DNA from: Eledone cirrhosa
Taxonomy: Eukaryota
Assembly (NCBI GenBank): GCA_964016885.1
Contig: OZ024743.1
Location: 237,522,001-237,586,000, forward strand
Reading direction: 5' to 3'
DNA: 64,000 nt
Shown: piece after piece, positions 1 through 13,631 of the stretch
How the letters are laid out: the number at the start of each line of letters is the position of its first letter
Position numbering within the stretch: position 1 is the first letter of the stretch
Notes under the pieces: model-generated
The model's input: the letters and a program-made list of their open reading frames with translations, nothing else
Told to the model about the DNA's origin: nothing
Databases searched by the model: none
Position numbers and translations under genes: made by a program

Positions 1-210
1 TGACATACCACATGGTCCAGGTATTAAACCAACGACCCATGAACATGACATACCACATGGTCCAGACATTAAACCAACAACCCATGAACATGACATACCA
101 CATGGTCCAGACATTAAACCAACAACCCATGACACACCACATGGTCCAGACATTAAACCAACAAACCATGAACATGACATACCACATGGTCCAGGCATTA
201 AATCAATAAC
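1..210. repeat. 45-bp minisatellite (window edge)
   Basis: Unit TGACATACCACATGGTCCAGACATTAAACCAACAACCCATGAACA recurs at 1, 46, 91 and onward, with one shortened unit. Confidence 0.9.
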
Positions 211-435
211 CTTAAAATCATAAGTCACACCCCCTCTGGGCCATAAAGTTAATGAAACAGTAATGAAATATAGAGTGAATTCACTGCTGACACCATATAC
301 CATATTTGGTGGTGTATAAGACCCCCCCCCCCACACCTACATCACCAGATGGCTAAAAACATATCACCTGGGTTTTATATATGAAGTTGAATTGTCGATA
401 ATATTGAATACTTAGATATAAATGGAGCAGGGCTG

Positions 436-1200
436 TTATATATCTGGAGGTCTTATGTATCTGGAGGTCTTATGTATCTGGAGGTCTTATATATCTGGAG
501 GTCTTATATATCTGGAGGTCTTATATATCTGGAGGTCTTATATATCTGGAGGTCTTATATGTCTGGAGGTCTTATATGTCTGGTGGTCTTATATGTCTGG
601 AGGTCTTATATGTCTGGAGGTCTTATATATGTGGAGTCTTATATGTCTGGAGATCTTATATGTCTGGAGGTGTTATATGTTTGGAGGTATTATATGTCTG
701 GAGGTCTTATATATCTGGAGGTCTTATATGTCTGGAGGTCTTATATGTCTGGAGATCTTATATATCTGGAGTCTTATATATTTGGAGGTCTTATATGTCT
801 GGTGGTCTTATATGTCTGGAGGTCTTATATGTCTGGAGGTCTTATATATGTGGAGTCTTATATGTCTGGAGATCTTATATGTCTGGAGGTGTTATATGTT
901 TGGAGGTATTATATGTCTGGAGGTCTTATATATCTGGAGGTCTTATATGTCTGGAGGTCTTATATGTCTGGAGATCTTATATATCTGGAGTCTTATATAT
1001 TTGGAGGTCTTATATGTCTGGAGGTCTTATATATCGGGAGGTCTTATGTATCTGGAGGTCTTATATATCTGGAGGTCTTATATATCTGGAGCTCTTATAT
1101 ATCTGGAGGTCTTATATATCTGGAGTCTTATGTCTGTGGTTGTTATATGTCTGGAGCTCTTACATATCTGGAGTCTTATATATTTTGGGATCCTATATTT
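436..1200. repeat. 17-bp minisatellite with a 219-bp higher-order duplication
   Basis: Unit GAGGTCTTATATATCTG; the variant TGGTGG recurs at 581 and 800 followed by the same order of variants. Confidence 0.9.
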
Positions 1201-1326
1201 CTAGGGCTCATATACTCGGGATTGTTATACGCCATCAAATACAGTAAGTAGATCTCACTTTTAACTCACAAATACTTTACCAGATTCCTTTTATACAATG
1301 ATACAAAGAACTAGATATTTACTTAC

Positions 1327-1387
1327 CTCGCGATGTACGATTCTTCTGTTTGTCATGCCAGGCTTCAACAGTCAATGTGAATGATTG
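1327..1387 (-). CDS. Delta: Delta/Delta-like Notch ligand, 61-nt coding exon (end of MNNL/C2 domain): QSFTLTVEAWHDKQKNRTSR+G
   Basis: Minus strand reads ttttcttcttCAG|CAATCATTCACATTGACTGTTGAAGCCTGGCAT...TCGCGAG|GTAAGT. The peptide matches the Delta motif (G)TFSLI(V/I)EAWH that follows FSFSWP, and phase 0 fits the upstream exon. Confidence 0.9.
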
Positions 1388-1584
1388 CTGAAGAAGAAAA
1401 GTAACACCATATTATATATGAAGTCTTCACAGTTGTATTTTTTCAGTCCTTATCCAGGATTCAACACCAATAGGTAAGGGTTGGCATGAATACTGAATTA
1501 AAGATAGTGAGTTTGGTTTTTACACCTTCACATGAACGAACATTGAAGCTGGCACATTACTGCACCCAGCTCCTGCAATTCTTA

Positions 1585-1650
1585 CTCCATTCTGTCTGCC
1601 GGGGCTGTGGGGAGGCCACCAATATGATTGACTGACTTGTCATTTATCAG
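1585..1650 (+). mobile_element. 3' end fragment of the CRE-like non-LTR element
   Basis: GCCGGGGCTGTGGGGAGGCCACCAATATGATTGAC matches the reverse complement of the element end at about 45800-45850. Confidence 0.6.
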
Positions 1651-1779
1651 TCAGATGTTCCAACGATTCTATTTATATATATTTATATATATATATATAC
1701 GTTCATATATATAAATATATACATTTACGTTTAGGTTGTGCCTTGAAATCAATTAGTTTTAACTCAATATACATTAATC

Positions 1780-4700
1780 CCGTTAATTCAACCTTCTACC
1801 TTCCATCACTCATGAAATCAATTTTGAGTTACTTGAACTTTTCCACCTGGTTCAGTGGAACTCCACTCAAATGTAAAGTGCACTTATCAAGATGTGCAGC
1901 ACTCAGCACCAAACCTATCAAGTGCACATCGGAGATCACCTTCTGCCAACTTAAGAACTAACATGCTGTTTGGAAATTCCAGCTGAGCGATCCTACACCC
2001 ACCTGTCTTGATACCACATTCAATTTGGCTGTCAATCCTGTTCATGAAGATTATGAACAGGAGAGGTGATAATACACACCCTTGGCAGTGTCTGGCTCCC
2101 ACATCAAATGGTTTAGTACACACCCTTGGCAGTGTCTGGCTCCCACATCAAATGGTTTAGTACACACCCTTGGCAGAGTCTGGCTCCCACATCAAATGGT
2201 TTAGTACACACCCTTGGCAGAGTCTGGCTCCCACATCAAATGGTTTAGTACACACCCTTGGCAGAGTCTGGCTCCCACATCAAATGGTTTAGTACACACC
2301 CTTGGCAGAGTCTGGCTCCCACATCAAATGGTTTAGTACACACCCTTGGCAGAGTCTGGCTCCCACATCAAATGGTTTAGTACACACCTTGGCAGTGTCT
2401 GGCTCCCACATCAAATGGTTTAGTACACACCCTTGGCAGAGTCTGGCTCCCACATCAAATGGTTTAGTACACACCCTTGGCAGAGTCTGGCTCCCACATC
2501 AAATGGTTTAGTACACACCCTTGGCAGAGTCTGGCTCCCACATCAAATGGTTTAGTACACACCCTTGGCAGAGTCTGGCTCCCACATCAAATGGTTTAGT
2601 ACACACCCTTGGCAGAGTCTGGCTCTCACATCAAATGGTTTAGTACACACCCATGGCAGTGTCTGGCTCTCACATCAAATGGTTTAGTACACACCTTGGC
2701 AGTGTCTGGCTCCCACATCAAATGGTTTAGTACACACACTTGGCAGTGTCTGGCTCCCACATCAAATGGTTTAGTACACACCCTTGGCAGAGTCTGGCTC
2801 CCACATCAAATGGTTTAGTACACACCCTTGGCAGTGTCTGGCTCCCACATCAAATGGTTTAGTACACACCCTTGTCAGAGTCTGGTTCCCACATCAAATG
2901 GTTTAGTACACACCTTGGCAGTGTCTGGCTCCCACATCAAATGGTTTAGTACACACATTGGCAGTGTCTGGCTCCCACATCAAATGGTTTAGTACACACC
3001 TTGGCAGTGACTGGCTCCCACATCAAATGGTTTAGTACACACCCTTGTCAGAGTCTGGTTCCCACATCAAATGGTTTAGTACACACCTTGGCAGTGTCTG
3101 GCTCCCACATCAAATGGTTTAGTACACACCCTTGGCAGTGTCTGGCTCCCACATCAAATGGTTTAGTACACACCCTTGGCAGAGTCTGGCTCCCACATCA
3201 AATGGTTTAGTACACACCCTTGGCAGTGTCTGGCTCCCACATCAAATGGTTTAGTACACACCCTTGGCAGTGTCTGGCTCCCACATCAAATGGTTTAGTA
3301 CACACCCTTGGCAGAGTCTGGCTCCCACATCAAATGGTTTAGTACACACCCTTGGCAGAGTCTGGCTCCCACATCAAATGGTTTAGTACACACCCTTGGC
3401 AGTGTCTGGCTCTCACATCAAATGGTTTAGTACACACCCTTGGCAGAGTCTGGCTCCCACATCAAATGGTTTAGTACACACCCTTGGCAGAGTCTGGCTC
3501 CCACATCAAATGGTTTAGTACACACCCTTGGCAGAGTCTGGCTCCCACATCAAATGGTTTAGTACACACCCTTGGCAGAGTCTGGCTCCCACATCAAATG
3601 GTTTAGTACACACCCTTGGCAGAGTCTGGCTCCCACATCAAATGGTTTAGTACACACCCTTGGCAGAGTCTGGCTCCCACATCAAATGGTTTAGTACACA
3701 CCCTTGGCAGAGTCTGGCTCCCACATCAAATGGTTTAGTACACACCCTTGGCAGAGTCTGGCTCCCACATCAAATGGTTTAGTACACACCCTTGGCAGAG
3801 TCTGGCTCCCACATCAAATGGTTTAGTACACACCCTTGGCAGAGTCTGGCTCCCACATCAAATGGTTTAGTACACACCCTTGGCAGAGTCTGGCTCCCAC
3901 ATCAAATGGTTTAGTACACACCCTTGGCAGAGTCTGGCTCCCACATCAAATGGTTTAGTACACACCCTTGGCAGAGTCTGGCTCCCACATCAAATGGTTT
4001 AGTACACACCTTGGCAGTGTCTGGCTCCCACATCAAATGGTTTAGTACACACCCTTGGCAGAGTCTGGCTCCCACATCAAATGGTTTAGTACACACCCTT
4101 GGCAGAGTCTGGCTCCCACATCAAATGGTTTAGTACACACCTTGGCAGTGTCTGGCTCCCACATCAAATGGTTTAGTACACACCCTTGGCAGAGTCTGGC
4201 TCCCACATCAAATGGTTTAGTACACACCCTTGGCAGAGTCTGGCTCCCACATCAAATGGTTTAGTACACACCTTGGCAGTGTCTGGCTCCCACATCAAAT
4301 GGTTTAGTACACACCCTTGGCAGAGTCTGGCTCTCACATCAAATGGTTTAGTACACACCCTTGGCAGTGTCTGGCTCCCACATCAAATGGTTTAGTACAC
4401 ACACTTGGCAGTGTCTGGCTCCCACATCAAATGGTTTAGTACACACCTTGGCAGTGTCTGGCTCCCACATCAAATGGTTTAGTACACACCTTGGCAGAGT
4501 CTGGCTCCCACATCAAATGGTTTAGTACACACCCTTGGCAGCATCTGGCTCCCACATCAAATGGTTTAGTACACACCTTGGCAGTGTCTGGCTCCCACAT
4601 CAAATGGTTTAGTACACACACTTGGCAGTGTCTGGCTCCCACATCAAATGGTTTAGTACACACCCTTGGCAGCATCTGGCTCCCACATCAAATGGTTTAG

Positions 4701-4960
4701 TACACACCCTTGGCAGAGTCTGGCTCCCACATCAAATGGTTTTCACTTAGTGCCAATTATCTGAACACAAATACTAGGGCATTCATAGAGGAACTTCAAG
4801 TCAATAAGAAGCTGTCCATTGATTCCATACTCCAGCAGAACATTCCACAACAATTCCAATGGAATGTGTATGTATGCTTTCCCAAGGTTTATAAAACTTC
4901 TTGACAATATTCCCAAGAGTTCTTGTAAAGAGTTCTTGTAAATATTTGCTTGGCTGTCCT
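1780..4960 (-). pseudogene. Degenerate LINE (RTE-like) reverse transcriptase fragment split by an internal 44-bp tandem expansion
   Basis: Minus-strand translations FINLGKAYIHIPLELLWNVLLEYGINGQLL and QGCVLSPLLFIIFM are non-LTR RT motifs (DxxKAYD; QGxxLSPxLF). Confidence 0.8.
2073..4742. repeat. 44-bp minisatellite, about 60 copies, derived from LINE RT coding sequence
   Basis: Unit CCCTTGGCAGAGTCTGGCTCCCACATCAAATGGTTTAGTACACA, highly homogeneous. Confidence 0.95.
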
Positions 4961-5092
4961 GCGTCTGGGGCGAAAACCACATTATTCCTAAGCTAGCTTG
5001 AACTCAACGATATTCCTACATCTCTTTACCAGATACATACATATTTATACACACACACACACTTACACACTCATACATATACACACACACAC

Positions 5093-5138
<46 letters not shown>

Positions 5139-5190
5139 ACTTACACACACACACACTTACACATACCTACACACACATACGCACACACAC

Positions 5191-5251
<61 letters not shown>

Positions 5252-5256
<5 letters not shown>

Positions 5257-5512
5257 GTCCCCCGGTATTCACAGGGGTTACGTTCCTAGAGCACCCGTGA
5301 AGAGCGAAAAACCGCAAATATTGGATGTGGTCCATAAAAATGGGTATAAACGTCAAAATATGACAGGCCGGCAAATACGGTTTATTGTTAATATATATTG
5401 CCAGGGAAAAAGCTATAAAGAAAATCGCGAAATATATTTACGATTTCCACGAACAATTATTAGTTAGGTTCTAAGGAGAATTCTGTGAATAACCACGAAT
5501 GCTGGGGTACAC
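5252..5512. mobile_element. Possible pogo/Tigger-type MITE remnant
   Basis: Left end CAGTTGTCCCCCGGTATTCAC resembles Tigger/MER2-type TIRs; a degraded inverted copy (CACGAATGCTGGGGTACAC) lies near 5500. Confidence 0.45.
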
Positions 5513-5523
5513 AATAAATATAT

Positions 5524-5910
5524 GGAGGCACATGGCTTAGTGATTAGAGCATTGGGCTTGCAATCGAAAGGTTGTGAGTTCAATTCTCAGACCAGGTGAT
5601 GTGTTGTTTCCTTGAGCAAGACACTTTATTTCACATTGCTCCAGTTTACTCAGCTGTAGAAATGAGATGATAGGACTGGGGTCCCTATCATTCCACTGCA
5701 AAGTGGTCGTGGATGTGCTACGGCAAAAACACCAAGCCCACACTGTAAAGTTGACGTGTTGGCGCCATGGAAAAAAGCACCCAGCACTCACTGTAAATGA
5801 GGTTGGTGTTAGGAAGGGCATCCAACTGTAGAAATCAAGCCAGAATCAGTTCCCATCCCACCCTTGCAAGCAGGGAAAAGCGGACGTAAAATGATGATGA
5901 TGATGATGAT
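5524..5910 (+). mobile_element. tRNA-derived SINE family B (copy 1) with (ATG)n tail
   Basis: A-box TGGCTTAGTG and B-box GAGTTCAATTC; ends GGACGTAAAATGATGATG; near-identical to 8340-8720. Confidence 0.8.
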
Positions 5911-5911
5911 G

Positions 5912-5958
<47 letters not shown>

Positions 5959-6256
5959 TAGATAGATATAGATAGATATCTTTCTAGATAGATAGATAGG
6001 TAGATAGATATATGATGAGTTATGAAGTAGAAGTGAAGGTTTTCTCATTGATAAAGTGTAAATCCTCAATGAATGTTATCATCAGTGTCCTAGAACGACA
6101 TAACTTCTGGAGATATACCACTTGTAAAGTTGAATATTTAACACAGTTATTATAACTTACCATCAAATGAAAGAATGAAATGAAATCCCTAAATAACATA
6201 TACACCAAGAATATGTTGGAGATGAAATTCCAACCCTACGTGAGATCAACAGATGT

Positions 6257-6676
6257 GCTCTCAGACCTTGAATAATCGTCCCCCTCCTCACCGCATATTA
6301 ATTTTTCAGATTTTTTCCCAACCCCAACACTGCTCTTATCCCTCAATCCACACACACACACACACACTTATTAAATCTTACTAATCTATCTCCAGTGACA
6401 TTTTATTTTAAGTAGCAGCATTCCTGTGACAATAAATTTTCTTTAGACATTAAAAAAGTTTATACATGACAAAAAAGTACTTTACTAGAAATCCCATATG
6501 TTATAAAATAGATAAGATGGGTTGGGGTCTCAATATGGAAATTAAACGACTAATTCTGGTTTTTAAAAAATCAATGGAGACAACCTAGAAAAATTACTGA
6601 TTTTCCAACCCTCCCTTTTTATCCCCCCCCCCCCGTCACACTTATTCCCCCTCCTATTATTTGGGACCTGAGAGTA
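6257..6676. mobile_element. TIR DNA-transposon MITE (related copies at about 13220-13425 and 59640-60755)
   Basis: Ends CTCTCAGACCTTGAATAAT and ATTATTTGGGACCTGAGAG; internal blocks (GGGGTCTCAATATG...AAACGACTA, GAGACAACCTAGAAAA) are shared with the other copies. Confidence 0.65.
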
Positions 6677-7850
6677 GATGAAATTCCAGCCCTACGTGGA
6701 TTCGAGCAATGTAGATTAAACTGCATCAGTGTTAGAAATCGGTTTGTTGGAATTTCATAACAAATAAAATAAAAATAAAAATGTTGTGGTGGTGTTATTA
6801 AGTTATACATGGCCTGGGCCAATACTGATCGAAACCCATCAAAGTTATCAAAGGCATTTTCACGGACAACTATATATAGTAAATGAGTGAAGAATAACAT
6901 GGTCGGCTGTACAATAGGGTTTATTCAAAGTATTAACAATTGTTTCATTAGTCAGGTGTGTCTAAAAATCGCTGATCGCCAGAAGTTACGTCACTCGATT
7001 TTAATTACAGTTGATACCCGACTAAATCTTCAGATACTGATCTGTGGACATGATACAGTGTGTTAGTATTTATAGATACATGGAGAAATAACATGAATGA
7101 AAGTAATAATAATAATACTAATAATAGAGGGTGAAGTGATGAGGGGGATACTGGGATAGGCAGCATCCCTGGGGTTTGTGCCATAAAAGACATGACAGCA
7201 TCCCTCGTGTTTGGGCCATAAAAGACAGCATCTCTAGTGCTGGTGAGATGTGACCTCTGGCCAATCTGTACAGTCAATAGCTCTGATTTAAGTCCTGCTT
7301 TGGTCTGTGATGATCTAAACCTTCCTAGCTGGGGAAAGTGGACTTTAAATGATGATGATGATTGTATTTATAAGGCAGTGAGTTGACAGAGTCGTTAGAA
7401 CGATGGATAGAATGCTTTGTGGCATTTATTCTGCTCTTTTACATTCTGAGTTCAAATTCTACCATGGTAAATTTGACATTTAATTTTATGTGGTTGATAA
7501 ATAAAGTAGAAATTCATCACCTACAGAAAGGATTCTCAGGCAGAGATTGTGGTTGAGATAATCGTTTATATGAAAAGAAACTCACAATCTAGAAGGTGCC
7601 AACAATATTGACAGGTAGTGGAGAAAAGTCTTTTGTATGAGATACATTACACCCCACTTAATGGCAACCTACACATTTTCAGAAGCAGGAAATGACTAGT
7701 AAATACCTCCATTAGAATATGTTGATGGTGCCATACCCCTGTGAAGGATATTGTACCACCTCAAATGTTTACAAGGTTACTTACTTACAACTCTCCTAAC
7801 AGACATGACATTGTCACAAAGACTGTATGTCTATACACACACACACACAT

Positions 7851-7926
<76 letters not shown>

Positions 7927-7956
7927 TAAAGCGTAAATAAATACCTCTATAACTAT

Positions 7957-8044
7957 ATAACACACGCTGATGAACCTGGGTTATTTCATTTCCGTCAACA
8001 ACTTACTGGCGAAACAGATCACTTTGGATTTGTACGTGTGTTAT
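7957..8044 (+). ncRNA. Type I hammerhead ribozyme motif inside a 46-bp-arm hairpin
   Basis: CACACG-CTGATGA-helix II-GAAA-CAGATC..GATTTG-TA-CGTGTG; predicted cleavage GUA after 8034; first pair of helix II is a mismatch. Confidence 0.7.
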
Positions 8045-8171
8045 ATAGTTATAGAGGTATTTATTTATGCTTTAATTTATATTTTTAATTATCATGTCCA
8101 TATTCTGCCTTTCATAGGTTATAGATTCCATACACTGGTGAGAAGAGGAAGGAACGTGGAAAAACACACAC

Positions 8172-8720
<549 letters not shown>

Positions 8721-9418
8721 ATATATATATACATACATATACACATATATATATATATATACATATATATATAAGTGGTTCAGTACATTTGTGGTTTACC
8801 GAGGAAGGTAGCAAGCCCAGGGTGTATATATTATAAACAAAACATGATTTGCGTTTTGCCTGATTAACAAGTCTGATGAGATCTGGCTGGATTCAGGTCT
8901 CTTACATGGATCCTGAGCCAGCCATCTGTGATGAGCAGATCTAGCTGCAGTCAGGTCTATAGTAACTACATAGATACTGAGCCACCCATCTGTGATGAGT
9001 AGATCTGGTTGGAGTTGGATCCCTTGCTTTAACATAGATCCTGAACCACCCATCTGTGAAACTGTTGTAACTGTGTATAATCAATAAAGACCTTAATGTG
9101 AAACCTCGCTTTGTTTTTAATATATATATAGATGCAGATTTTTGTGTGCTAAACTAGAAGGATACTGGCTGTTTCAATTGATGAAATTGTGAGTACTTTA
9201 ACGTTTTCATATGTTAATTCGTCGATACAATAATTACACCATTTTCATAGCTTTAGGCTTCTGGCTGGGATGTTGTGTTACAATTACTCCTTTGCATATG
9301 CTCCAAATGAATTTGTTGAACAAATTGTAAACAACAAGATTGAAATCACTGGATATAGATCTAGACCCTTATTATGACTTAGTACGTTTGCCAAATCCAG
9401 ACTGGTTACTTGTAATAT

Positions 9419-9455
9419 TCCTCTGAAGAAGAGATTTTATCTTGAAATATCAGGA
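9419..9455 (+). ncRNA. Minimal Penelope-type hammerhead motif
   Basis: TCCT-CTGAAGA-A-GAGAT/ATCTT-GAAA-TA-TC-AGGA; helix III reduced to palindromic ATAT. Confidence 0.65.
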
Positions 9456-9539
9456 CAGATAAATAAATAAGGTAACAGATAACATCTTGTTTCATCTTAT
9501 TTTCTTGTTCGTCCATTTCGAATTGTAGTGGCCTTCAAA

Positions 9540-9587
<48 letters not shown>

Positions 9588-9646
9588 ACACACACACATA
9601 TATATATATATGCATTTATATATATATTCAAGGTCATCAGATAAGA

Positions 9647-9693
9647 TCTTGTCTGATGACCCTGTTATAAACGGGCGAAACTCTATAACAAGA
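9647..9693 (+). ncRNA. Hammerhead motif, degenerate helix III
   Basis: TCTTGT-CTGATGA-CCC(T)GTT/AACGGG-C-GAAA-CTCTA-TA-ACAAGA; preceded by a short inverted copy (GGTCATCAGA). Confidence 0.55.
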
Positions 9694-10181
9694 CTCACTA
9701 TTTAACCATAATAAAATGAATACTAAAACTCTACTTCAGTATTGAGTACTCCTTTCTCTCAGCTGTCAACACATACGGATATATCTACCCACTTCCCTCC
9801 TCACACAAATAACACAATTTAGGATAAAAAGTATTCACATATACACTCTTACTATCTCTTTTCCAGAAAGTCTTGTTACAGCTCTTTCTCTCTCTGTCTC
9901 TTTCTCTCTCTCTCTCTGTCTCTCTCTGTCTGTCTCTCTCTCTACCCCCTTCATACTAACAGAATCTTACCAATCCCTTTGCATAAAGTATGTGCATGTG
10001 TCAGTGATGCATATGTGTTTGCATATATATATATATATATAAATATATATGTATATATATATACACACATATATATACATATATATATACACACACACAC
10101 ATATATATATTTATATATATATATATATATACATAAATACATGTATATATACATATAGACATATATATATGCATACATATG

Positions 10182-10214
<33 letters not shown>

Positions 10215-10344
10215 ATACACACACATATATATGGTAGGGTGGGGTACAGGGAGAACTAGTTATTGACCCAGTTACAGTTTTCAAAAACTAACAGAGGAGA
10301 AATATGAGAAAGACATCCTTACTCCCCCCCCCGTTCTCCCTTCC

Positions 10345-10795
10345 CCCATAACACATCTCTCTCCCACTTTCTTAGCCTCCCACTTTACCCCACCTTAGTT
10401 CCCTTTCTCCTCTCTTCCATAACACATCTCTCCCACTTTCTTAGCCTCCCACTTCACCCCACCTTAGTTCCCTTTCTCCCCTCTTCCATAACACATCTCT
10501 CCCACTTCACCCCACCTTAGTTCCCTTTCTCCCCTCTTCCATAACACATCTCTCCCACTTTCTTAGCCTCCCACTTCACCCCACCTTAGTTCCCTTTCTC
10601 CCCTCTTCCATAACACATCTCTCCCACTTCACCCCACCTTAGTTCCCTTTCTCCCCTCTTCCATAACACATCTCTCCCACTTTCTTAGCCTCCCACTTCA
10701 CCCCACCTTAGTTCCCTTTCTCCCCCTCCCCCATAACACATCTCTCCCACTTTCTTAGCCTACCACTTCACCTCACCTTAGCTCTCTTTCTCCCC
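10345..10795. repeat. Pyrimidine-rich tandem repeat (about 50-65 bp units)
   Basis: CCATAACACATCTCTCCCACTT...CACCCCACCTTAGTTCCCTTTCTCC repeated about 7 times. Confidence 0.85.
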
Positions 10796-10859
10796 CTCCT
10801 TCTCACTCAAATACTTGTGCGCATGCGCACAAACGTGAGCCCAGCTGTCTGCATTCACG

Positions 10860-11945
10860 TATGTGTATATATATGTGCATGTGTTTTTATGTATGTATAT
10901 ATGAGTGTGTTTTTGTCTATGCATGTGTGCGTGCCTGCTTCTGTGTCTGTGTGCGTGTCTGTGTGTACAGGCGTGTATATGTGTAGCCGTGTTTGCATGT
11001 GTCTGTGCACCCGCATATTTGTAAGTATGTGTATGTGTGTGTGCATGTGCATGTGTGCATGCCTGTGTGTATGTATGCTTGTGTATGTATGTATGTATGT
11101 GTGTACGAATGCCTGTGTGTATGTATGCTTGTGTGTGTATGTATGTATGTATGTGTGTATGTATGTATGCCTGTGTATATGTATGCCTGTGTGTATGTAT
11201 GCTTGTGTATGTATGTATGCCTGTGTGTGTATGTATGCCTGTGTGTATGTATGCCTGTGTGTATGTATGTATGCCTGTGTGTATGTATGCTTGTGTATGT
11301 ATGTATGCCTGTGTGTGTGTGTATGTGTGTATGTATGTATGCTTGTGTGTATGTATGCCTGTGTGTGTATGTATGCCTGTGTGTGTGTGTATGTGTGTAT
11401 GTATGCCTGTGTGTATGCTTGTGTATGCATGTATGCCTGCGTTTGTGTGTATGTATGTCTGTGTGTGTGTATGTATGCCTGTGTGTGTATGTATAACTGT
11501 GTGTATATATGCCTGTGTGTGTGTGTGTGTTTATGTATGCCTGTATATGTATGTATCTATGTATGTATGTATGCCTGTGTGTATGTATGTATGTATGTTT
11601 GCCTGTGTGTGTGTATGTATGTATGCCTGTGTGTGTATGTGTGCCTGTGTGTGTGTATGTATAACTGTGTGTATGTATGCCTGTGTGTGTATGCGTGTGT
11701 GTGTGTATGTATGTATGCCTGTGTGTATGTATGTATGTATGCCTGTGTGTGTGTATGTATGCCTGTGTGTGTGTGTATGTATGCCTGTGTGTATGTATGC
11801 CTGTGTGTGTATGTATGCCTGTGTGTATGTATGTATGCCTGTGTGTATGTATGTATGCCTGTGTGTATGTATGTATGCCTGTGTGTATGTATGCCTCTGT
11901 GTGTATGTATGCCTGTGTGTGTGTATGTATGCCTGTGTGTGTGTA
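10860..11945. repeat. Complex (TG/TA)n-GCC low-complexity array
   Basis: Repeated TGTATGCCTGTGTG variants. Confidence 0.9.
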
Positions 11946-12172
11946 AAGTATACTAAACAGATGTGTGAGATCAACAATATCAGTAAAAGTCACTCACCAA
12001 ACTTACTACACTACATAGTTCACTGTCCTCCCTCTTCCTCATAGCCACCCCACCACAGCCACCCTTAACCTCACCCCACAGCCACTCCACCCCATGGCTA
12101 CCCCACCCCACAGCCATCCTTAACACCACAGCAAGCCAATCTCATTCTTCGAATCTCTCTCTACACACACAC

Positions 12173-12243
<71 letters not shown>

Positions 12244-12659
12244 CATACATACATATAAGTGTGTATGTGTATGTATATATGTGCGTGTGTACAAGTGTGT
12301 ATGCCTTTGAATGCATATATATATGCATACACAAACACAGACATATATATATGTGTGTATGCATGTATGTGTGTGTATATATTTATGTGTGTGCATATAT
12401 CAATATGTATGTGTGTATGCATTTGTATGCATATATATATATATATGTGTGTACACACACACATACACATATACACATATATATATATATGTGTGTGTGT
12501 GTGTGTATGTACATTTCTCTTTAATGATTATAGTGGAGGATTCTGCTTAATTTTGTTTTTACTTCTAAGCCTTCTTTTGTTGTTGTTACTATTACTGTTG
12601 CTATTGTTGTTGTTGTTGTTAGTACTGCTGTTGTCGTATCCCAAGTTGTGATGTCACAA

Positions 12660-13208
12660 TACATATCTATGTAGATATAAACACCATACTATGTGACACC
12701 TATCTATGTAGATATAAACACCATACTATGTGACACCTATCTATGTAGATATAAACACCATACTATGTGACACATATCTTTGGAGATATAAACACCATAC
12801 TATGTGACACCTATCTATGTAGATATAAACACCATACTATGTGACACCTATCTATGTAGATATAAACACCCATAGTATGTGACACCTATCTATGTAGATA
12901 TAAACACCATACTATGTGACACATATCTATGTAGATATAAACACCATACTATGTGACACCTATCTATGTAGATATAAACACCATACTATGTGACACCTAT
13001 CTATGTAGATATAAACACCATACTATGTGACACCTATCTATGTAGATATAAACACCATACTATGTGACACCTATCTATGTAGATATAAACACCATACTAT
13101 GTGACACATCTATGTAGATATAAACACCATACTATGTGACACCTATCTATGTAGATATAAACACCATACTATGTGACACCTATCTATGTAGATATAAACA
13201 CCATACTA
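12660..13208. repeat. 37-bp minisatellite, about 15 copies
   Basis: Unit TGTGACACCTATCTATGTAGATATAAACACCATACTA. Confidence 0.95.
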
Positions 13209-13631
13209 GGTGGTGAAGCGATGCTTATACATTAAAAACCCATCATACATCGCAAAAAAGTACATTTCTAGAAATCTCATACAATATAGGGGTCTCAATA
13301 TGTAAACTAAACGACTATTTCTGGTTTTTTTAAAAAATCAAAGGAGACAACCTAGAAAACTTATCGAGCCCCCCCCCCCCCCCCTGCTTATACCCATCCC
13401 CACAATTATTTGGGACCCGAGAATAGCTAAAAACCTCCAGTATTTTCATAAGTTCTCTGTTATAGCCACAGTAATCTTATTTTATTTATTCCAACAAATT
13501 CTCTTGAAGAATTCACGGGATCTTCATTGCAAAGATTGGTGACTTGGCAGAAAGGTTGGACCGACAAATGCTTTCCAATATTTTCTATGACCCTTTCCAA
13601 TATTTTCTATGGCCCTTTCCAATATTTTCTA

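Noticed and set aside
422-1251. Three overlapping 220-260-aa ORFs
   Set aside because: Translations of the 17-bp minisatellite.
2073-4742. CRISPR-like array (also considered for the 37-, 38-, 42- and 43-bp arrays)
   Set aside because: Units are contiguous with no unique spacers, there are no cas genes, and the context is eukaryotic.
5524-5600. tRNA gene
   Set aside because: A and B boxes belong to a multi-copy SINE head; no complete cloverleaf.
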